DNA of 64,000 bases from NCBI GenBank assembly GCA_002269645.1, contig NIVC01002639.1:89879-153878 (forward strand), read 5' to 3'. Positions within the stretch are counted from its first letter, which is position 1. Each line of letters begins with the position of its first letter. Under the pieces are notes generated by a model that had not been told where the DNA came from, ran no database searches, and worked only from the letters and a program-made list of their open reading frames with translations. Positions 34,160 to 45,000 of the stretch are shown in pieces. The position numbers and the translations under genes are program-made. This DNA is from Macrostomum lignano. Taxonomy: Eukaryota.

Positions 34160-35875
34160 ACAGCGATCGATGGAGATGATGCAGCCCCATCTCCTATAAT
34201 TGGGCCGTCAGCTACACCATGTGACTTTGGAATTGTTATTTCGTAGCGTAAATTACTGTATATTTATTAGGTATAGGGAAGTCCTGATTGACATCTCCGA
34301 AATATCTACTATCAATATAGTATAGAGCTCGCTTGAAGTGCGCGTCCACTGTTAGCCCCTTACGCTTCGCTAATAAATACAAAGTCCTATTCAAACTTTG
34401 AGAGAAAGCAATATTAATAAAATTAGTTGACAAGAAGATATTTTTTGTCTGCAGCATCAAAAACTTTTGGATTGTTGATAAAATTGTTTTTCTTGCATAA
34501 CCGGCCGCTGATCGGATATAAGTGACTTCATGTAATCAAGTCGGATAAAATGAACGCGTAGCAATGGAAGTCGAAGTTAAAGTTTAAACCAGTGGCAGCT
34601 ATAGATAAATAAAGCCTTGTTATTCGTTATAATAGTAGATATATTTTAGATTTAGTTCGAAAATCATTACTATAATTCGATTAAAGCCGAGGACAGACAG
34701 AAATTGTGCATGCAAGTGTGAGATAGTTAGAATTTGGGGAAATAACGCGTAGCTTTTTAAAGAATATATTTTGTTACTTTTAAAAAGGAAAAACTCGTAA
34801 AATAAAAGTATAAAAAGCTACAATTAACAGTTAAATGTGTGATTTTTATGTTGTCTTCAAAAGCAAAAAAAGCTAAAGCTAGCAGGCCATGCAGCAATAA
34901 AATGTTTTTTTTCTTCAGAATAAGTATATCATTCCTCCTTAACCTAGGACCACTAGCAGTATATCATCACGCTACACTCAAAGATCGTATTTTTTAGGCC
35001 AATTTCCGTAAAAAAACACTGCAGAGGTAAAAAAATCTTTTTTTCTTCACAAATTTTTTTTCATGGAAATCGGCCTTGTCTTGTAATATCTTGTAATATT
35101 TTTCAGATGACTAATTTTTTAAGAAATTCAAAGCATTATATAGCTAAAATCAGATTCAAAGCCACTGAAGGTTGGTTGTTTGCCAAAATCATATGTGGGA
35201 TTTTTATTGTACATGCAGGCTTGTAATAACTAATAAACTACATTCTAAATTTCTTACTTGAATCATAATGCTTCATTTTAGACTACAAAGCAGCTTGTAA
35301 AAATATAATACGCTCGTAGTTACATGTAGCTACATAATATGCACATTAAGAGGCCGTTTCATGCAGATAAATTTAAGACGCTTTATAATTTTTAGAACCA
35401 TTTTGCGAACTACAAAGTTTTCTCAGCTTCCTTATAGCTAAATTGAGAGGTGAATAAGTTACAAAATTTCCTTTTTTACGAATCAAGGCTTCTTAAAAGC
35501 AGCTGTTGAAATCCTGCATAGCCAATGTGATTTCTAATCAAATTAGTAACAGAAATGAGGATTTGTTATACTGCTTTGTTTATTGTTCGGTGATTCTGAA
35601 CCTTTAATAGGGACAAAATTTTAATTGGGATGACGTAATATCGTAACTTCCGACCTGCAGTACAAAGCCTAATTATAATGGTTTCCAGCCAAGCAAATTA
35701 ACAAACTTATACGGATAAAAGGCAAGCACGTTTGATTAACATGGGATTAAAGATCAAATAAGCTGAAATTTTGCTACGAAGAATTTTCTGTTGTTTTTGT
35801 TGTTTCTGTTGACAGTAGTTTCGTTGTCAAGCCCAACTATTATCGGCTTTAAAAAAGCTTCATTATTTTCATTCG

Positions 35876-36019
35876 CTAGGGCTGATCCTCATTTCTTGGT
35901 GCTGCCGGCTGCTCCGGCCTTCGTCTTGGCTCGCCGTCTTCATCATATTCATCAAGAAAGCCGAGATGTTGCTCAGCGGCGGCCTCTTCTACTACTGGAG
36001 CGGCTGGGCCCTGAATCAG
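35876..36019 (-). CDS. ITPR: ITPR-like terminal exon (LIQGPAAP...NEDQP*)
   Basis: ccgcag|CTG ... CCC TAG; phase 0 matches the upstream donor. Confidence 0.65.
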   Translation of the reverse strand: MIQGPAAPVVEEAAAEQHLGFLDEYDEDGEPRRRPEQPAAPRNEDQP

Positions 36020-39000
36020 CTGCGGGCGTTGTGTTGTTGTTTAGCAATCGGTATTTTGAGGGGCAGAAGTTTTAGCGGTTGAGGGGCTAGAAAACTGAGG
36101 CGCCAACGAGTGTACATTCGGGGCAGAAGTTTTAGCGGTTGAGGGGCTAGAAAACTGAGGCGCCAGTGTACATTCGGGGCAGAAGTTTTAGCGGTTGAGG
36201 GGCTAGAAAACTGAGGCGCCAACGTGTGTACATTCGGGGCAGAAGTTTTAGCGGTTGAGAGGCTAGAAAACTGAGGCGCCAACGAGTGTGTACATCGGGG
36301 CAGAGAGGTTAGAAAACAGAGACTTCAACAAACGCCATATTCTAGTAAATGAAATTCGGTTTGAATGGTGGCTAGGAGTACGGTGAAGGAGATAAAGGCC
36401 ATTGCCTCAGAAAACATACATCTTCCTTTGACATGGTCAACTTGTAGTCGTCCTCGCTATTTCTAGAGCTAGTCGCCTGACGATCCTTGGCCTCCTGATT
36501 CAACTGACGATAGGATGCCACCCTGGGAATCGACAGGAAGTTGTCTTCGTCCTCGCAGGAGCTCTCGCGATTGTGCCCGGGAACGCCGGCGCCTCCCATC
36601 ACCCGGCGCTGCCACTTCCTCTGCCTGTTCAGCTCCACCCAGCGTTTGCGCTCCGCCTCCTGAATTAAAGCGCGTGTAGAGGTACGTGTACGTACTTTAT
36701 ACATGTGTGTACTTTTATACTTACGGCTGTGTTTATGTTTAATAGTGTATCGAACAAAAATTCTCACCTCCTTCTTCTGGTGCGACACCAGATTCTTGAC
36801 GTAATGCAACAGTTCGTCAATTTTAGAATCGGTCGAGTCCTCGTCCTTAGCCGACAGGCACAGGGCCCGATTTAGCGGGAAGAAGTCGTACTTTTCCTCC
36901 GCAAGCTGTTATTGTAATGGCGATTGCGTTTTTCTCAAAACACGAGCGATGGTCCTATAATACTTTAAAATCATCTATTGCTATGACGTCAGCTTACCAG
37001 CTTGTAGACGTGCAAATCCAGCGACGTGTAGTCATTTCTAGCTGTGTCCTCCAGGTGAATGAAGAAAAATATATATGCCCACATGTTGTGCTCCTGCCTA
37101 ACGTGATAGTCGAATCCCATTCCGTGATGCTCAAAATCGTAGCTATTTCGCGAGCAGATGAAGCAGTTGTCGCGCATGTCCACCTCGGCTGTCCATTTCA
37201 TGTTGCGCAGCTCGCTAAACGTGTCAACAATGATGCCGAAGATGATGTTGAGGCCGACAGTGGTGATCAGGATGAAGAATGCGATGTGAAATATCGCAAC
37301 TGGTAGAAACGAGTCGAATGAACGCTTTTCACCAGCCGCATCCTCTGGCACGAGATTCTGCGGGGCGGGATGGAGCGAGCTCGTTTAAGCGATCTGGTGA
37401 GGGTTGGTTGAGGTGAGCTGGTGAGGGTTGGTTGGAGTGAGCTGGTGAGGTAAGCTGGTGAGGGTTGGTTGGAGTGAGCTGGTGAGGGTTGGTTGAAGTT
37501 GGCGAGGGTTGGTTGAAGTGAGGTTGATGAGGTGAGCTGGTGAGGGTTGGTTGAGGTGAGCTGGTGAGGGTTGGATAAGGTGGTAAGAACAGATGATGGA
37601 GCTTAATTGAAGAGATATTTAATCACATCGAACAAGTCGCCGATCAGGCCGAAGCGCAGCACGGAGATGAAGCACTGGTGCAGGTCCCGGCAGAACATCA
37701 GGTTGTTTGGTCCCGGGAAGGCGTGTCGGAATTGGGCAAAAGCGATCACGGAGAACAGGTACATGATGGCGATGCCCAGCACGGAGACCCAAATCAATGA
37801 CAGGCCTGGAAGATGTGTAAGGTAAATTTGAATGCCTCATTTTTTACTGGTTGGCTTTCAGACCGCATTTGGAGCATAATATTGTCTCACCGTTCATGGT
37901 GACTGCTTGAATGACACCCTGCAGCAGTTGGTTGTTGTTGACAATGTTCAATAGGTGGAAGGCGAAGAAGTACGGTCGATAAAATGTCCCAGCCAGCGCG
38001 CTAAAGAAGAATATGATGTAGTACAGGGTCGGTATGGAGAACAGGCTGACCGAGAGTTTGTCCCCGTCGCTGTCAGTGTCGCTAAATTCCTCTTCATCCT
38101 CGGTTTTCTTTTGACGCATTCGTCGGAGCCGCTCGAATAGGCCGCGCACGTTCGGAAGCTGGGGATGGTTGGCGACAAAGAAGGCCAGAAGGATGATGAA
38201 CGACAGGACCATCAGTAGAAGTGAGAATGAGTCCATCCAGAGGTGCAGATTTGGATAGTCGTCCTTCCAGCGGGCGGTTTCACTGTTGGTGGTGGCAGCG
38301 GTGGTTAAAGCGAATTAAGAGACAGAGACTTGAGAGACAGATTAGAAACTTAAGAGGCTTTTATTACTTAAGGTTGCTACTTCCTTGAGGCCACTATAGT
38401 TTCCAATGGTTGTTTGTTCCCAGCGGTTGTAAGATGTTGCCAGTTCCTAGACGTTGCCAGTTCCTAGATGTTGCCAGTTCCTAGACGTTGCCAGTTCCTA
38501 GATGTTGCCAGTTCCTAGATGTTGCCAGTTCCTAGATGTTGCCAGTTCCTAGATGTTGCCAGTTCCTAGATGTTGCCTGTTCCTAGATGTTGCCAGTTCC
38601 TAGATGTTGCCAGTTCCTAGATGTTGCCAGTTCCTAGATGTTGCCTGTTCCTAGATGTTGCCAGTTCCTAGATGTTGCCAGTTCCTAGATGTTGCCAGTT
38701 CCTAGATTTTGCCAGTTCCTAGATGTTGCTAGTTTCTAGATGTTGCCAGTTCCTAGATGCTGCCAGTTCCTAGATGTTGCCAGTTCCTAGATGTTGCCAG
38801 TTCCTAGATGTTGCCAGTTCCTAGATGTTGCCAGTTTCTAGATGTTGCCAGTTCCTAGATGTTGCCAGTTCCTAGATGTTGCCTGTTCCTAGATGTTGCC
38901 AGTTCCTAGATGTTGCCAGTTCCTAGATGTTGCCAGTTCCTAGATGTTGCCAGTTCCTAGATTTTGCCAGTTCCTAGATGTTGCTAGTTTCTAGATGTTG

Positions 39001-42000
39001 CCAGTTCCTAGATGCTGCCAGTTCCTAGATGCTGCCAGTTCCTAGATGTTGCTAGTTCCTAGAGCTAGTGAGGCTTAGGCCTACTAAGAAATTGATCCAA
39101 TTTTTTGAAAAACTTACTTTACTTCCAAGGCGGGAATCCAGGGGTGCGGCTTTAGCGTGGTGGGCGTATCAGATGACTCGATGCCGATGAGCATGAGGAT
39201 GTTCAATATGACGGCGGTGAGAGTAGCGCAGTGGTTCCAGATTAGCCAGAATCTTGTCAGCAAGATGGTGAAGGGATTTGAGAGCACTTTCTTCTGGTAC
39301 TGGATGTCCTTCAGTATAGCCTTGGTCCAGTCCATGAAGTCACGAACTTTTGTGCTCGGCGATGTTCGATCAACGTTCCACTTTAACTTCTCTTTGAGTT
39401 CCTCGCGCAGTACGTTCTGTGATTGATAGATAGATGAGTAGGTAGTTGGTGTTGAAAACTTAAAACCCTAAGAGAGACTTGGTTTAAAATCTTAATTCGA
39501 AGGAATAGTTCAAGCGGGCTGGCGTGTTCAACAGCTTCTTTGAACTTCTGCTTGCAAACCTAGGTTGTAGCCTAGTGATTAGAGCGTTGGACTCTCGACT
39601 TGAAGGTCGGGGGTTCGATTCCCGATTACACTGGAACAATTTGTGTCCTTTGAACAAGACACTCAACTCTGCATTGCTTCAGTTCACCCGGCTGTAAAAT
39701 GGTTGCCAGCATTAGCTGGGATAATTGAGGGTGTGTGTGGCGACCCCCCAGTCATTGGACTGGACAGCAATAGCTGCGGCTGAGCTGTCGGTTGCACATC
39801 TGGCCCAATCGGGGGCAGGTTTAATAAATTAATTAAGAACTATTATTGTTATTATGATTATGATTATTATTATTATTATTACTATTACTTGCGAAACAAC
39901 ATGAGGCAACAGCGCAACAGTGCTCGGAATATCCGCTAACCTTATTCTTCACTCGGAAGTGAATCTTCTGCAGGTTGTCATTCTTCAGTATCTCAATTGT
40001 CATCGAGTTCTTCTTGAAGAATTTGAAAGCCTTCTGCTGAAGCTCCGTGATTTGAAGCTCTGAAAAGAGTGTTTTTTATCGAAAAAATGACTAACAGCCA
40101 GTAGTGTACATGCAAAAATGAGTAGTATATATTGTACTAGTATCACAACGAAAAAGTCAAATTAGAGAAATAAACATAACTATACTCATTTTTAACGCAC
40201 AGTATAGCAAAGTTTAATTTGCATAGCAAAATTTGCCAGTATAAAACAATAGAAATAGGCAAAAATATCTGTACACTTCTACTGAATAGTTAAGTGTATA
40301 AGTAGTATATGGATATTCAAATGGTGTAAATGAATTAATTTTTAATTACCCTTTCCAGGAACGAAAAATTCTGAAAAAATCAAATCAGCCATGACAAAAT
40401 GTTAATTATAGAACTGAAAAGTACAATTCAATTTTCCGATTTTTTTTGCAAAAAGTAACCATATTGTAAGTGCAGAGGGCACTTTTTTCAGGCGAAAATA
40501 GTATCATTACCCTTCTTTGCAATGGTCGGGTCGATGTCGTACAGTCGGGCCAGGATGGTGTAAAATGAGAAGCCGACGCTGTACACCGCCTCCCGCAGCT
40601 CTTTGTCCTCTTCCTGTGTGGAATATGCACTTTTACTGATGGATTTGCAGATTCTGAGCCTGGCTTATCTAATCTGCAATCTACTAATGTAATATCTCGT
40701 GTAAACTACTTTTAGTTCAGTAGTAAGTTAAACAGAAGCATTTTAATGTATTTTTATAGCTAATTTATTGGCTCTTAACCCCCAGCCGAAACCCTCCAAC
40801 CGCGCCTTTCCACACTACCCACCGCCCCAATTTTATTGCCTTTCTCGGAATTCCAGCCTAAAGCTGCCATGTACATTTCAGTGGACCTGGCCAATGTACA
40901 TTTTGGTTGAACCAATTAGCAAGTTGTTTACGCCTGCAAGCTTGGGCTTCTAAACTTAACAAAGTCTTTATTTAAAAAAATAGCTTATGTATTCTTCTTT
41001 GCTACTGAACTGAAAGTAGAAAGCTTTGTTTTGCTAAATCATATGCCTGAGTGGCCCATCTAGTTATTTTGTCTAATCTAAAATGGAATATAACGTAATC
41101 TAATATAATAGTCCAATCTAATACAATCTAATCACGCTAATCTAATCTAATATAATCTTATCTAATCTAATCTAATCTAATCTAATCTAATCTAATATAG
41201 TCAATTCTAATGAAATCTAATGCAATTTAACAAAATCTAATCTAATCTAATATAGTCAATTCTAATGAAATCTAATGCAATTTAACAAAATCTAATCTCA
41301 ATCTAATATAGTCCATTCTAATGAAATCTAATGCAATTTAACAAAATCTAATCTCAATCGTTACTAGCCAATGCCAAATCCCTTCTCAAACCCACCACAA
41401 GCCGGTTAAATCCGGTGCTTTTCTTGGAGGACTGCTGAGCCTCGTAGCACTCGGTCATGACCCTGTAGAGCGCTTTCTTGTCCAGCGTGTCCTTGACCTC
41501 CCTAGCGATCACGATCGCTTCAGCCGAGTTCTCCTCAATCAGGGAGATGACCAGGTTGGCGATGGTCTGCCTCAGTTCAACCACCTGTTCTGGCTCGCAG
41601 TTATCGAAGTCCGCGGTTCGCATTATGAAATTAATGTAGTCAATAATCTTGTTGTCATACACTGTGGATCGGTTCTCCTGGTTGCCCTGAAGTTCGTTTA
41701 AGGAATAGTTCGGTGTCATTCCGGTATTTAAACTGACCCTGGAGATACGAAATGGCACTTTTTATCCGAAATGGCACTTTTTATCCGAAATGGCACTTTT
41801 TATCCGAAATGGCACTTTTTATCCGAAATGGCACTTTTTATCCGAAATGGCACTTTTTATCCGAAATGGCACTTTTTATCCGAAATGGCACTTTTTATCC
41901 GAAATGGCACTTTTTATCTGAAATGGCACTTTTTATCCAAAATGGCACTTTTTATCCGAAATGGCACTTTTTATCTGAAATGGCACTTTTTATCCGAAAT

Positions 42001-45000
42001 GGCACTTTTTATCCGAAATGACACTTTTTATCAAAAATGACACTTTCTATCAAAAATGGCACTTTAAGATTCGAAATGGCACTTCTGGATTCGAAATGGC
42101 ACTTCTGGATTCGAAATGGCACTTCTGGATTCGAAATGGCACTTCTGGATTCGAAATGGCACTTCTGGATTCGAAATGGCACTTCTGGATTCGAAATGGC
42201 ACTTCTGGATTCGAAATGGCACTTCTGGATTCGAAATGGCACTTCTGGATTCAAAATGGCACTTCTGGATTCGAAATGGCACTTCTGGATTCGAAATGGC
42301 ACTTCTGGATTCAAAATGGCACTTCTGGATTCGAAATGGCACTTCTGGATTCGAAATGGCACTTCTGGATTCGAAATGGCACTTCTGGATTCGAAATGGC
42401 ACTTCTATATTTGAAGTGGCACTTCTGGATTCGAAATGGCACTTCTGGATTCGAAATGGCACTTCTGGATTCAAAATGGCACTTCTGGATTCGAAATGGC
42501 ACTTCTGGATTCGAAATGGCACTTCTGGATTCGAAATGGCACTTCTGGATTCGAAATGGCACTTCTGGATTCGAAATGGCACTTCTGGATTCGAAATGGC
42601 ACTTCTGGATTCAAAATGGCACTTCTGGATTCGAACTCACGGCGCAGAACTCGTTGACAGTTGAGAACAGCTGGATGAGCAGGTCAATGGTGTCCGCATT
42701 AATATTGGAGTAGGCCACGTTGATGAACTGGGACACTTCGGCCACGATGTTGAAGGACTTGATGTTGTCCGGCTGCTCGCGCAGGTAGTTCTGCAGGCCG
42801 AAGTGCTGCCCGTCGCAGATGCTGGCGAGGACCTTCAGCACCAGAGCGATGTAGCCATCGTCCTTCATTGAGATGGTCTCCTCTGGACTGCCAGACTGCT
42901 GCTGCTGCTGAGCTGCGGCCGGGTCCTGCAATTGGGTGTCGAATATTCGATCGTCTGGTTGCTTAACAACGGTCATGTTTTTTGGGTCGCTTAGCAACGG
43001 CCAATTAGAACCCAATATGTTGCTTAGCAACGGTCATTTATAGTTTCTTGGATTGCTTAGCAACGATCATTTAAAGTTTCTTGAGTTGCTTAGCAACGGT
43101 AATTTAAATTTTCTTAAGTTGCTTAGCAACAATCATTTAGAGTTTCTTGGGATGCTTAGTGACGGCCAATTACAGCCCAGTATGTTGCTTAGCAACGGTC
43201 TCTTGAAGTATCTTGAGTTACTTAGCAACGGTCATTTGGAGTTTCTTTGGTTGCTTAGCAACGGTTCATTTGAGTATATAGCTATGATTTAATCTATTTA
43301 TAGCTACTCTGAGCCCAGTCCAGCAGATCCCAAACCTCGAATTCCTCAGCGTCGTCAACCAGGAGCTCCCGGGTGTCCGCAGCCGCCCGACCGCCCCTGC
43401 CGCCTTCCGCCGAAGTTCCGTTAGCGAAGGCCACCTTCTTCTTGGACTTGGCGCTGTTTTTAGCGCCGGAGCCTGTCGACGCGCCCGAAGGTCCGGCCTG
43501 CTGCGGCGGCTGTGCCGACGATGTCGGCCGTTTTCGCTTCCGGTTTCGACTTTGAATCTGGCTGAGACTGACGCGGCGCTGAGTGTCGGTGCGGAAATGG
43601 CGGTTGCGTTTGCGCGAGGGTTGCGTCAGATCGACGTACTGGGGACAGAGTGGGTCACTAAATCGACGAACTGGGTAAGGTAGTGTCGCTTTATCGACAA
43701 GGAAGGGAAGTGTCGCTTTATCGACAAGGAAGGGAAGTGTAGCTTTATCGACAAGGAAGGGAAGTGTCGCTTTATCGACAAGGAAGGGAAGTGTAGCTTT
43801 ATCGACAAGGAAGGGAAGTGTCGCTTTATCGACAAGGAAGGGAAGTGTCGCTTTATCGACAAGGAAGGCAAGTGTCGCTTTATCGACAAGGAAGGGAAGT
43901 GTCGCTTTATCGACAAGGAAGGGAAGTGTCGCTTTATCGACAAGGAAGGGAAGTGTCGCTTTATCGACAAGGAAGGGAAGTGTCGCTTTATCGACAAGGA
44001 AGGGAAGTGTCGCTTTATCGACAATGATGGGAAGTGTCGCTTTATCGACAAGGAAGGGAAGTGTCGCTTTATCAACAAGGAAGGGAAGTGTCGCTTTATC
44101 AACAAGGAAGGGAAGTGTCGCTTTATCGACAAGGACTTACGATTTATTTTAAGGGGCGTTTTGTATCATATTTTAATGAAACTGACGAAAACTTTATGGT
44201 GGGAAAATGATGGAAGGCAATAAATTAAGTTACTGTGGCAATACAATCATAAATACGAATGATACTCAAAAACTAGGCAGTCTGAACGGACGAACTGCAA
44301 ATAATAAATTCTATGAAACAGAGATTCTAAGAAATCTGCTATTTTTAACGTTGCTGAAAACTGTATTGATTAAATTTCACGGCAGAAAGGTAAGTTAAAT
44401 ACAAATCCAACTATTAAATACGAAAAATAATCGTGGACATATTTATTGCAAAATATTTATGAAAATGCTGTGCGAGCTTTTCGTCTGAAGTGAGGGCGGA
44501 TTCTGATTGGGGTCCTGAAGGGTTGAAGCCTGAAGAGAGGGCGGATTCTGATTGGGGTCCTGAAGGGTTGAAGCCTGAAGTGCGGGCGGATTCTGATTGG
44601 GATCCTGAGGAGTTGAAGCCTGAGGTGAGGGCGGATTCTGATTGGGATCCTGAGGAGTTGAAGCCTGAGGTGAGGGCGGATTCTGATCGGGGTCCTGAAG
44701 GGTTGAAGCCTGAAGTGAGGGCGGATTCTGATTGGGATCCTGAGGAGTCGAAGCCTGAGGTGAGGGCGGATTCTGATTGGGGTTCTGAAGGGTTGAAGCC
44801 TGAAGTGAGGGCGGATTCTGATTGGGATCCTGAGGAGTCGAAGCCTGAAGTGAGGGCGGATTCTGATTGGGGTCCTGAGGAGTCGAAGCCTGAAGTGAGG
44901 GCGGATTCTGATTGGGATCCTGAGGAGTTGAAGCCTGAAGTGAGGGCGGATTCTGATTGGGGTTCTGAAGGGTTGAAGCCTGAAGTGAGGGCGGATTCTG

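Noticed and set aside
34236-34460. 74-aa minus-strand ORF with protein-like composition
   Set aside because: AT-rich codons unlike the real exons here, no linked exons and no recognisable motif.
35880-36075. Plus-strand hydrophobic frame after a possible acceptor at 35879
   Set aside because: Better explained as the antisense of the ITPR terminal exon, whose phase and stop fit the gene model.
39563-39635. tRNA gene
   Set aside because: A and B boxes are present, but the acceptor stem does not close and the sequence continues into a CORE-like body and (ATT)n tail, so it is a SINE head.
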